From the IMG/VR virus record IMGVR_UViG_3300042879_002288: a DNA stretch of 64,000 nucleotides. One strand, written 5' to 3'. The position numbers and the translations under genes are program-made. Shown here one piece after another: positions 20,369 to 28,465 of the stretch (its first letter is position 1; the number at the start of each line of letters is the position of its first letter). The notes under the pieces were generated by a model. That model made no database searches. It worked only from the letters and a program-made list of their open reading frames with translations, and had not been told where the DNA came from. The stretch is from an uncultured virus (IMG/VR IMGVR_UViG_3300042879_002288). Taxonomy: Duplodnaviria > Heunggongvirae > Uroviricota > Caudoviricetes > Crassvirales.

Positions 20369-20897
20369 GTGGCGAAATGGGTTGTAAACCACAGTTTTAG
20401 GAATTTTGTGAATGGCAAGTTTATGAAATTAACACTTGTTAACAATTAGCAGGGCTCATGGGGGTCAATTAACTGCCTCATGTACCACAGTAACCAAGGA
20501 GCGTATAATTCGACGAGGGCAAAAAATTATAAGATTTACTCTCGTTGGGTGAACGAGGGCAAAAATTACCGAGTTATATAGGGGTAGGGGATTATATATA
20601 ATTACGGACGTACGCGGGTGGGGTCCGGAACGCAAATGCGCGACCCCGTGGGTACGCACGCACGCGCAGTCGCGGCATCTTTTTACCTTTTGGATTTCCC
20701 GGCATTGCTAATGGTAACAAGACCGCAGATTGTGTTAGTATTTGTGTTTGGACGCAATACAAATTGCAAGTAAATCGATGAGGGAGATGCAATTGCAAAT
20801 GTAACTCGCTGATTGCTAATAGCAACAAGGCAGGATTGTCCCCTCCCCATCTCTTCACAACCTTTAACATACCTCACATACGAGAACACGACATGGC

Positions 20898-21003
20898 TGC
20901 GTTGCGCGTGCCCGTGTGCGCGTAGCGCGTATCGCGTGTGCATGCGTAGCGCATGTGCGCGATGCGTGCGCATGTCGCGCGGTGCCTATCCTGCGAGATG
21001 CGT
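20898..21003. repeat. Alternating purine-pyrimidine (CG/TG/CA) tract
   Basis: gcgcgtg..gtgtgcgcgt..gcgcgt..cgcgtgtgcatgcgt..gcgcatgtgcgcg..tgcgtgcgcatgt. Confidence 0.8.
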
Positions 21004-21203
21004 CTGTGGCGCTGTGGGCGCTGTGGAATGCCTGCAAACAGCGAGCAGGTCTGTTAACGGATGTTAAAATCCACTTTGCAACCATCTGGTTTTCAGCCAG
21101 TTGAAAAAAACTTTCATGGGGCACATACCAAAGGTCCATGCCTTGACGTCATATCAGCAGACGGGGAGGACGAGCCAAACCGCACACCACACACACAGAC
21201 AAC

Positions 21204-21545
21204 ATGTCTAACAAACTCCACACCAACTACGTCAAGCTCACGGGACGTGAACTGACCATTCTCGACGAGATGACCAACTTCATGGGTCAGCGCATCCTGC
21301 TCGTAGAGCACCCCATCCATGGGGATGAGGCACCCGTCATCGCAATCTGCCGCGAGCACATGATGAAGGTAGGTCCGCTCGAATACGTCTACGGAGCGGC
21401 GGCGAACACGGATTTCTTCGACACCGACGACATGTACGAAGGCAGTGACTACGAACCTCTCTTCATCGGCGACAAACTAACCTACCGCTACGTTATTGAC
21501 AACTACGACAAGCTCCACATCTCCCCATTAGGCGGCGAACTCTGA
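21204..21545 (+). CDS. Early hypothetical protein
   Basis: First ORF of the + strand block; (AC)n leader. Confidence 0.75.
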   Translation: MSNKLHTNYVKLTGRELTILDEMTNFMGQRILLVEHPIHGDEAPVIAICREHMMKVGPLEYVYGAAANTDFFDTDDMYEGSDYEPLFIGDKLTYRYVIDNYDKLHISPLGGEL

Positions 21546-21903
21546 ACCCATCATCGGGGAGCGGGAACCGCTCGCTCCCCACCATCACCCTCAAACACAC
21601 ACACACCATGTCCACCACATCAATCTCCCGCCGCTCTCCCGTCATGCTCACATTCAGTGACGGAACCTACATGTTGTCCATTCGGAAGCACATCCAATTT
21701 GGCCACTACATCGTGGAACTGCGGGACCCCGATAACATAGCGATTCACGAGCAAAGGTTCGAATCGATGGCCGATGCATGCGGGTTCGCGGAACGTTTGG
21801 GAGGCGGAACATTCCAAGTAATCTGCAACATCCAACTCTGAACCCATCACGGGGAGCGGGAACCGCTCGCTCCCCTTCATCACCCATCAAACACACACCC
21901 ATG
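21538..21903 (+). repeat. Two ~70-bp direct repeats (21538-21610, 21834-21903) containing a GC hairpin
   Basis: AACTCTGAACCCATCA(T)CGGGGAGCGGGAACCGCTCGCTCCCC..CATCACCC(A)TCAAACACACAC..ATG. Confidence 0.9.
21608..21841 (+). CDS. Early hypothetical protein
   Basis: 77 aa bounded by the two repeats. Confidence 0.7.
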   Translation: MSTTSISRRSPVMLTFSDGTYMLSIRKHIQFGHYIVELRDPDNIAIHEQRFESMADACGFAERLGGGTFQVICNIQL

Positions 21904-21999
21904 CTCTACACAATGGAATCCTACGCATCGCTCATGTTCCCAACAATGCTGTGCATCTCTGCTGTCTTGTTGTTAATCTATGAGCGCAAACAACAATAA
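21901..21999 (+). CDS. 32-aa hydrophobic peptide
   Basis: MLYTMESYASLMFPTMLCISAVLLLIYERKQQ after an AAACACACAC leader. Confidence 0.55.
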   Translation: MLYTMESYASLMFPTMLCISAVLLLIYERKQQ

Positions 22000-22040
22000 T
22001 CCAAACATCTCTCACGTTAACCCATCAAACACACACAGCT

Positions 22041-22220
22041 ATGAATAGAGTGGAAATCGTCGGCACGAAGTTCAAGGTATTGATTGACTTCTTACCAATT
22101 ACGAATCAGTACTACGTTTCTGTCATCAGCGTCAAGCACGACCTGCTCATCGGCACAACGCAGTACGGCACCCATGAGGAGGCGTACGCATTCGTGGGAA
22201 ACGTCATGGACATCCAATAA
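22041..22220 (+). CDS. Early hypothetical protein, 59 aa
   Basis: Hand-translated MNRVEIVGTKFKVLIDFLP...NVMDIQ after motif and leader. Confidence 0.65.
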   Translation: MNRVEIVGTKFKVLIDFLPITNQYYVSVISVKHDLLIGTTQYGTHEEAYAFVGNVMDIQ

Positions 22221-22251
22221 ACCATCATTACCCATCAAACACACAGAAAAC

Positions 22252-22551
22252 ATGTCATCATACATCTCAACCATCTACGTGTTCGACACGCTGTCCATCG
22301 CAGGATGCTACCTTCCTGCTCTCATCAACGGAGATGCATCGGGCATCGACGACAACGAATTCGCTGAACTCGACAAGTTCCTGATGGAACTACGCAACAG
22401 AATTCGTGAGCGCCACGATGCCGACGAGGAGATTAGCTATGACCTTGTGGTGACAAGTGACGAGTCATTCATAGGCATGTGCGAAGTTAGTGGGCTGTAC
22501 TCTGACTGCCACGATGTGAATGTGATTGCACATGTATCTCGTCGGTCATAA
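22252..22551 (+). CDS. Early hypothetical protein
   Basis: YLPALINGDASG; start reassigned to the ATG after the leader. Confidence 0.7.
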   Translation: MSSYISTIYVFDTLSIAGCYLPALINGDASGIDDNEFAELDKFLMELRNRIRERHDADEEISYDLVVTSDESFIGMCEVSGLYSDCHDVNVIAHVSRRS

Positions 22552-22615
22552 AAAAGTTGCATCAGCACACAATAAACAGATTCCTCATAACGTTAACCTA
22601 TCAAACACACACACC

Positions 22616-22765
22616 ATGAACAATCAAGAGATGCTGTTTTACGCACACAATTTCAAGGGATTTGCGGTTTCCGTTCGAGCAAGGAACGAAAGAGATGCAA
22701 GAGAATTCTTCCGCAATCACTTTGCAGTGAAGACATTGAGAGGATTCGAAATTTGGAGAGGATAA
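22616..22765 (+). CDS. Early hypothetical protein, 49 aa
   Basis: Start reassigned after motif and leader. Confidence 0.65.
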   Translation: MNNQEMLFYAHNFKGFAVSVRARNERDAREFFRNHFAVKTLRGFEIWRG

Positions 22766-22815
22766 CACACAATAAACAGAAATCACTACACGTTAATCTA
22801 TCAAACACACACACA

Positions 22816-23073
22816 ATGGAAACTAACATTCAAAAATTTCTCGCCGAGAACTTCGATGCAGTTCAGGTGAAGCGGTCAGTGCAGGACGATGAATACGTCA
22901 TCCTATGCACCTTGCCAACTCTGCTCGATGTAGCTAAAGTTCAGTTCGGGAGCGAGGAGTACCACGAATTGTTCGATGCCATGCAGGAACTATTCGAATG
23001 CCCAGTATTTGTCAGCGACTACGACGATGTGGTAGCCGTAAGTGAAGATTTCTTTGAAAATTACTACCAATAA
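22816..23073 (+). CDS. Early acidic hypothetical protein
   Basis: Start reassigned after motif and leader. Confidence 0.7.
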   Translation: METNIQKFLAENFDAVQVKRSVQDDEYVILCTLPTLLDVAKVQFGSEEYHELFDAMQELFECPVFVSDYDDVVAVSEDFFENYYQ

Positions 23074-23122
23074 GCACAATAAACATCAATCACCACACGT
23101 TAACCTATTAAACACACAGACC

Positions 23123-23365
23123 ATGAAAGTTCAAGATTTGATTTGCTACCTTGACCTGAATCCGAAATACGAATGGGTTGAGATGGAATTCTTTGGCCGA
23201 AGAGTACTTGACTGGGCATTCCTCGGGAAAGAAGGAGCAATGGATTTCTTGCATGGCATTGAACCACAACGCCACGAGTCCATGTCTTTCCACATCGTCG
23301 GAACAAAGGATGGAGACGTATTAAGAGTTGATGTGGTAGAGAAAAAAAACAACGTCACACAATAA
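23123..23365 (+). CDS. Early hypothetical protein
   Basis: Start reassigned after motif and leader. Confidence 0.7.
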   Translation: MKVQDLICYLDLNPKYEWVEMEFFGRRVLDWAFLGKEGAMDFLHGIEPQRHESMSFHIVGTKDGDVLRVDVVEKKNNVTQ

Positions 23366-23407
23366 ACAGATTCCCTCTCACGTTTAACATTCAAACACAC
23401 ACACACA

Positions 23408-23710
23408 ATGAACACGATTCTTTTCGAAACAGAAGCAAACAAGCGTGCGTCAGACGCACGATTGGCCAAGTCAAAGAAGCAGGTTGTTGACTACATGGTC
23501 ATCCTCGTAGAGGAACTGGAGTCCTTGAACGAAGAACTGCTACGAATCAAGGCATTGCAACAGATGAATGCCATGTGCGTCTTGAGCGGCAGTGAGTCAG
23601 CGCCAACAGAAGAAGTTGAGTCCCTTGATAAACGGGAGCAAGAAATTCGCATGGAGATTACGAACAAGAAGAATTACCTCATCGTCCTCATCGAATCTCA
23701 AGCACAATGA
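23408..23710 (+). CDS. Early coiled-coil protein
   Basis: 100-aa ORF after motif and leader. Confidence 0.7.
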   Translation: MNTILFETEANKRASDARLAKSKKQVVDYMVILVEELESLNEELLRIKALQQMNAMCVLSGSESAPTEEVESLDKREQEIRMEITNKKNYLIVLIESQAQ

Positions 23711-23874
23711 TTAACGCACTCTTGACCTTCAGGAACTCTGCCGGACGCACCTTCGGTAGCCCAAAGAACTTCTCTGACCAAACGCACATCGATAACTACA
23801 TCAACTTCATGATGCGTAAAGGACACAAGTTCGTGGACATCTTCTACGCAGACGACAACGATGCACCACAATAA
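23707..23874 (+). CDS. Early hypothetical protein, 55 aa
   Basis: Hand-translated MINALLTFRNSAGRTFGSPK...DDNDAPQ; ATGA overlap. Confidence 0.65.
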   Translation: MINALLTFRNSAGRTFGSPKNFSDQTHIDNYINFMMRKGHKFVDIFYADDNDAPQ

Positions 23875-23914
23875 ACGCACCCAGTCAAACGTTAAACAAT
23901 AAACACACACAGCT

Positions 23915-24151
23915 ATGATTACGACATCAAATTCAAAGGTCTCTGTTTCGGACATCATCCGTTACGAGGAAGGGGACATGACCGTACGGGAGATGGTATA
24001 CTTCTTCTCCCTGCTCATCAGGTCAGGCATGTTGAACAGGATGCAGGGTTCATACGGACGTATGGCATCGCAGATGCTCCAGTACGGATTGCTCGATGCG
24101 AGCGGTCAGGTGAACCGCGATAACCTCGAAGAGTTTATCAGCAGATTTTAA
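23915..24151 (+). CDS. Early hypothetical protein
   Basis: IIRYEEG...LIRSG...QGSYGRMA. Confidence 0.75.
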   Translation: MITTSNSKVSVSDIIRYEEGDMTVREMVYFFSLLIRSGMLNRMQGSYGRMASQMLQYGLLDASGQVNRDNLEEFISRF

Positions 24152-24180
24152 CATCTGTTAACACAACAAACCCACACACA

Positions 24181-24630
24181 ATGTCAGTTCAATCAATCTC
24201 CAACCTGATGCCGAGCAAGGCATACTTGGACACCATTCGTAACGGCGGCATCTCCGTCAACCACAGAGGAGAGACACCCCCATCCACGGGATTCATGGTA
24301 GGCGGTGCTGACGAGGACAGCGAGAGCCACATCGTACAATTCACGGATTTCTATGAGTTCTCCCGTGTGTTCGAACAACTGCTCACAAAGTTGAGCAACC
24401 TGCCGGAACCGGAGCGCGAATGCATGTACGTTGGCACGTGGTTAAACAACAACTTTGTTGACCAATCACGTCCATCGCCGCTCACTATCATCGAGTTGGA
24501 GTTGTCTATGCACATCTCCTCACTTGAGAAAGCCATGAAGCTTGGCAAGGCGTTCAATCAGTTGTATATCTATGACCTTGCGGAAGGCAAGAGCATCAAG
24601 GTAGAAAAAGATGTGCCTCAAGCACAATAA
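24181..24630 (+). CDS. Hypothetical protein, possible SAM-lyase-like fold
   Basis: GG.S..TGFMV...YVGTW...ELS...A..LG..FNQ..IYDL. Confidence 0.6.
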   Translation: MSVQSISNLMPSKAYLDTIRNGGISVNHRGETPPSTGFMVGGADEDSESHIVQFTDFYEFSRVFEQLLTKLSNLPEPERECMYVGTWLNNNFVDQSRPSPLTIIELELSMHISSLEKAMKLGKAFNQLYIYDLAEGKSIKVEKDVPQAQ

Positions 24631-24670
24631 ACCATTCAGGTAACCCGTTAATTAAGAAACACACACAGCC

Positions 24671-25198
24671 ATGAAAACAATTCAAATCGGTTCACAAGTG
24701 TGGACTACAAAGAACCTGCGAGTATTCAAGTTTCGCAATGGAGACCCCATCCCGATTATTCAGGACAACGAGGAGTGGAGCAAACTCGAATCACCTGCCA
24801 TGTGCATCAACCCTGACAACGGAGAATGTTACTACAACTGGTACGCAGTCAACGACTCGCGATGTCTTGCACCTATAGGATTCCATGTGCCTTCAAATGA
24901 CGAGTGGCAACAGCTTGTTGACTACTGCGGTGGTAATGAGAAAGCGGGCAACTTGTTGAAATCGACGAAAAAGTGGGATGGCGCAGGAGCCTCCAAAGGA
25001 TTCAATGCTATCCCTTCAGGCTTCCGAGCCCACTACAACGGGAACTTCTACGACCAAGGCAACAACGGGCATTGGTGGTCTTACTCCCCGAGTGGAGCAG
25101 ACGCTTGGTATCGCTGGCTGTGCTTTGAAGACCCGTATGTCTTCCGTGACTACTCCAACCAACGAAACGGCTTCTCTGTACGCTTAATCAAAGATTAA
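24671..25198 (+). CDS. Fibrobacter succinogenes major paralogous (CLec-fold) domain protein
   Basis: IQIGSQVW..KNL, YNWYAV, P.GFHVPS..EW, WWS, GFSVRLIKD. Confidence 0.9.
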   Translation: MKTIQIGSQVWTTKNLRVFKFRNGDPIPIIQDNEEWSKLESPAMCINPDNGECYYNWYAVNDSRCLAPIGFHVPSNDEWQQLVDYCGGNEKAGNLLKSTKKWDGAGASKGFNAIPSGFRAHYNGNFYDQGNNGHWWSYSPSGADAWYRWLCFEDPYVFRDYSNQRNGFSVRLIKD

Positions 25199-25209
25199 AA
25201 CACCCAACT

Positions 25210-25749
25210 ATGAAAACTATTCAAATTGGTTCACAAGTGTGGACAAGAAAAAACCTCCGAGTGTTCAAGTTCCGTAACGGAGACCCTATCCCAATCATTC
25301 AGGATTCCGACGAGTGGGCATTATCTCAAGAAGCCGCTATGTGTATCAACCCTTACAATGGAGAATGCTATTACAACTGGCATGCTGTCGCTGACAAACG
25401 AGGTCTTGCCCCCAAGGGATTCCACGTTCCGTCAGATATGGAGTGGTATACGTTAATCAAAGTATACGATGGTTTTGATGTCGCGGCTAAATTGTTGAAG
25501 TCCCCTAAAAAGTGGGATGGCGCGGGAGTCCCCAAAGGATTTAATGTCAAAGGATTCGATGCCATTCCAAGTGGATACCGCACACACAATGGCGACATCA
25601 TCACTCGCGAATACAGCGGGTTTTGGTGGACTTCCACTCCATGTGGTTCAGAAGCATTTTGCTACTACATGTTCTCTGGGGTCTCGATTGCACACCGAGA
25701 TAGCGGCACCTTTCGAAACGGCTTCTCTGTCCGCTTAATCAAAGATTAA
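25210..25749 (+). CDS. Second Fib_succ_major domain protein (tandem paralogue)
   Basis: Same motifs as 24671..25198. Confidence 0.9.
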   Translation: MKTIQIGSQVWTRKNLRVFKFRNGDPIPIIQDSDEWALSQEAAMCINPYNGECYYNWHAVADKRGLAPKGFHVPSDMEWYTLIKVYDGFDVAAKLLKSPKKWDGAGVPKGFNVKGFDAIPSGYRTHNGDIITREYSGFWWTSTPCGSEAFCYYMFSGVSIAHRDSGTFRNGFSVRLIKD

Positions 25750-25760
25750 AATACACAGCC

Positions 25761-25988
25761 ATGAAAATCTACGTTCAAGCAAACAGCAAGAAAGAAGTGA
25801 ACAACTGGCTCGCTTCAGGAATCCACATCTACGGATATAACTATTCGATGTTCGAGGATGCAGGATGGCACGACATCTCAAACCTGAACGATGGGGATGT
25901 AGTGGCCATCTTCTCCAAGACGATGAACGGCTCCCCAGTCCCAAAGTCATGGGGTTCCTATGATGCCAAGAAGAACAGATTAAAGTGA
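25761..25988 (+). CDS. Hypothetical protein
   Basis: 75 aa; ACACAGCC-ATG leader. Confidence 0.7.
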   Translation: MKIYVQANSKKEVNNWLASGIHIYGYNYSMFEDAGWHDISNLNDGDVVAIFSKTMNGSPVPKSWGSYDAKKNRLK

Positions 25989-26042
25989 TGGGCGCACAAT
26001 AAAAGACACACGACACACGTTACATAATAAACACACACAGCA

Positions 26043-26282
26043 ATGTCACAAGAAAAGAAATACCCCAACGGACTGCGAGAGTACCTTGAGACACTCGTCA
26101 TGATGTCAGTTGAACTGGAGGCAAGAGACCTGCCCATGCATCTCATCAACTACATAGACCATGCTATCGATTGGTCGGAAGAGTTTGAGAAGATGTACAG
26201 CGGCAGAAACATGAGGATATGGGATGGTGATTGGTTGGATGCAATCCAAGAATTTGTAGATAAAAAGATTTCAGAATCATGA
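26043..26282 (+). CDS. Hypothetical protein
   Basis: 79 aa after motif and leader. Confidence 0.7.
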   Translation: MSQEKKYPNGLREYLETLVMMSVELEARDLPMHLINYIDHAIDWSEEFEKMYSGRNMRIWDGDWLDAIQEFVDKKISES

Positions 26283-26452
26283 ACGAACTGCCTGAAGATG
26301 AGTTGATTGAGTTGGCCGAAGGCCCCAACAACGACATAGCTAACGCCGCTATGAATGAGCTACGCAGACGATTCGATGCATCATACGGATGGTGCCCCGA
26401 ACTTGACTACGCAGTTGTCAAACGAGAAGAGTGTGAGAAACTAACCCAATAA
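26279..26452 (+). CDS. Hypothetical protein, 57 aa
   Basis: Hand-translated MNELPEDELIELAEG...CEKLTQ; ATGA overlap. Confidence 0.6.
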   Translation: MNELPEDELIELAEGPNNDIANAAMNELRRRFDASYGWCPELDYAVVKREECEKLTQ

Positions 26453-26462
26453 TAAAAAAGAA

Positions 26463-26699
26463 ATGAAGCAGACAGCAGTAGAGTGGTTATGGGACGCTTT
26501 AGACAATATTCTTGAGTTATACCCCAGCGAATGGGAAAAAATAAGTAAGGTAGTAGAGCAGGCCAAAGAGATGGAGAAGGGGCAGATTGAACAGGCATTT
26601 AATGAAGGAAGAGAAGAAAGAGATTACAATGGTAGTATCTGGGAATGTAAAAGTGGATTAGAGTACTTCAACCAAACCTTTAACACTGAAGAGAAATGA
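26463..26699 (+). CDS. MKQTAVEWL-type small phage protein
   Basis: MKQTAVEWL...EQAKEMEK.QI...YFNQTF. Confidence 0.75.
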   Translation: MKQTAVEWLWDALDNILELYPSEWEKISKVVEQAKEMEKGQIEQAFNEGREERDYNGSIWECKSGLEYFNQTFNTEEK

Positions 26700-26914
26700 A
26701 AACCCCAGTCGAACAACTGATTGAGAACATTCGGCAACGTGCCACACTTCTGAAAGAAGGAAATAAAACAGAACGACACAATAGTAGGATTCTGTTTAAC
26801 GTTGCAAGTACAGCAAGACGGTTCCTCGAAATCGAACGAGAGTTCATCGAACAGGTCCGAACGGGTATAGATGCGCCCGAAAAGGATGAAACTATACCCG
26901 ATAGCGCCCAGTAA
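26696..26914 (+). CDS. Hypothetical protein
   Basis: ATGA-coupled ORF. Confidence 0.65.
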   Translation: MKTPVEQLIENIRQRATLLKEGNKTERHNSRILFNVASTARRFLEIEREFIEQVRTGIDAPEKDETIPDSAQ

Positions 26915-26941
26915 TAATCAATCGCCCCTAAAATTCACGTC

Positions 26942-27244
26942 ATGGGAATGCACAAAGAAACCAAGGACAAGATAACAACGCTAACTGAATGCTTTGAGTT
27001 AGTGATTTGGATGGCCATCAGATATGCAGATGGTCGCCATACCTACGCACCGGGAGATGTTAGGCATGCAATCAAGATGTTCCAAAGTGTGTACCCATCG
27101 TGGAAGCCACAGACAGACATCACGATTAAGAAACCAAACCTCACGGATGAACCCGAACTCTTCTACGAGTCAGACCACTTGTGGGATTTAGTAAACAACG
27201 AAAATGAACGAAACCAAGAAGACGTACAAGGAGATGTACCTTGA
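26942..27244 (+). CDS. Hypothetical protein
   Basis: AIRYADGRHTYAP. Confidence 0.7.
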   Translation: MGMHKETKDKITTLTECFELVIWMAIRYADGRHTYAPGDVRHAIKMFQSVYPSWKPQTDITIKKPNLTDEPELFYESDHLWDLVNNENERNQEDVQGDVP

Positions 27245-27425
27245 GCAGAACGAGGAACGTAACCTCGACGGATACCTGAAGGGCGACCTTGCCATCCTGT
27301 TCGACATCATCCACCCCTACCAAATGTGGAGCGAACTGGACAACACCAAGTTCAGCATGAAGGTGTCCTTCAAGGAACGATACGAACCACAACTGCATCT
27401 CTTTTTTGATAACCCTGTAACCTGA
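27204..27425 (+). CDS. Hypothetical protein
   Basis: 73-aa ORF in operon. Confidence 0.6.
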   Translation: MNETKKTYKEMYLEQNEERNLDGYLKGDLAILFDIIHPYQMWSELDNTKFSMKVSFKERYEPQLHLFFDNPVT

Positions 27426-27451
27426 ATTAAACAAGTTACTATATTCGCCAC

Positions 27452-27688
27452 ATGATTGCAGATGTGGTATTTAAGAACGCATACGGGGCAGATGTCTGCC
27501 TCACCATCCACGATGTTAACGACAGCGACAACTGGCACTTCGTTACATCCTCAATAGACAACCAATCTTATGCCATCAACATCTTCAGAGAGTCAGAGTC
27601 AATGCGATGCTACGTCCACTACGTCTACGGAGCAGACGACATCGACCATCTCAAGCGATTCGAACCCGAATCATTTTCAATCGTTTGA
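27452..27688 (+). CDS. Hypothetical protein
   Basis: TATATTCG-N4-ATG. Confidence 0.6.
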   Translation: MIADVVFKNAYGADVCLTIHDVNDSDNWHFVTSSIDNQSYAINIFRESESMRCYVHYVYGADDIDHLKRFEPESFSIV

Positions 27689-28268
27689 CGAGACCCTCGC
27701 CAACTACGAGCAGGAACTTCACAAACGTGTGTGTTTCAATCAGATAACTGCTGTACGAAATACTTTCTACGCAATTACTGGGCACCACGACAATAAAAGC
27801 AGGAAGGAGTACGTTGTTAAACCAAGGGCGGCACTGCTCTGCGCCTTGTCCACCAAGTACACACTAACTGACGTGGCAAAGGCGTTTGACATACACCACG
27901 CCACGGTGATTCACCACCGCAAGCACCACGAAGGAAACCTATCAGCATGGAAGGGATACAAGGAAATCTTTGACAAAGCAATTCAAACACTTCATTCAAT
28001 GCCATTCATCAAGTCAACGTCCTTCCCGGACAACCCACCCAAGTCGTTCAACGAGTGGCAGGAACACCTGCTCGAACAGCGCCGTCAAATCTTCGAAAGA
28101 AACATAGGCATGGTAAACATCACGGATGAGATGTCCTCACAGCAGGACATGGTAGACAAAGCGAAACTCCTTGACCGCATGTTGAAGGAGATTCGAGAGG
28201 GTGCAGACCTGAACTCTGCGGCACAGCGCGTATTAAATGATGCTATCAATTACGGATTCACCAAATGA
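27570..28268 (+). CDS. Protein with DnaA domain-IV-like HTH
   Basis: TLTDVAKAFDIHHATVIH resembles the DnaA_C motif; true start uncertain. Confidence 0.6.
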   Translation: MPSTSSESQSQCDATSTTSTEQTTSTISSDSNPNHFQSFDETLANYEQELHKRVCFNQITAVRNTFYAITGHHDNKSRKEYVVKPRAALLCALSTKYTLTDVAKAFDIHHATVIHHRKHHEGNLSAWKGYKEIFDKAIQTLHSMPFIKSTSFPDNPPKSFNEWQEHLLEQRRQIFERNIGMVNITDEMSSQQDMVDKAKLLDRMLKEIREGADLNSAAQRVLNDAINYGFTK

Positions 28269-28465
28269 AAAGCAAGCGAAAGTTCGTGTTCATCTTCACC
28301 CCATTGTCGATAGACATCGCGGATGATGCATTCAGGTTTTCTATCTGCGAGATAATCACAAGGTCAGGCATGGCTTCGAGCCTGTTCTCTGTGGGCTACA
28401 TCAAGTATCGACACCGCAACGTGTACTACATGGACTTGTTCTTTGCGCGATTCAGCAACCTATGA
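28265..28465 (+). CDS. Hypothetical protein
   Basis: ATGA-coupled ORF. Confidence 0.55.
   Translation: MKSKRKFVFIFTPLSIDIADDAFRFSICEIITRSGMASSLFSVGYIKYRHRNVYYMDLFFARFSNL

Larger units (their letters stand above)
21992..27817 (+). promoter_or_regulatory. Repeated bipartite promoter motif (C)ACAAT-N17-CGTT, 10 copies
   Basis: Starts at 21992, 22568, 22768, 23075, 23358, 23867, 24623, 25995, 26777, 27789; spacer counted as exactly 17 nt in each. Confidence 0.85.

Noticed and set aside
20258..21139. Short ORFs in the divergence zone
   Set aside because: Low-complexity translations of the RY tract and hairpins, with no leader or promoter context
21543..21875. UGA followed by a hairpin as a SECIS or read-through signal for the UCA tRNA
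   Set aside because: The two copies differ by a 1-nt indel so read-through frames are not conserved, neither fuses to the next gene, and the tRNA lacks Sec features
21992..26045. CRISPR array or integron attC sites
   Set aside because: Repeats are degenerate, separated by whole genes and non-palindromic; GTTRRRY is not consistent; no cas or integrase gene
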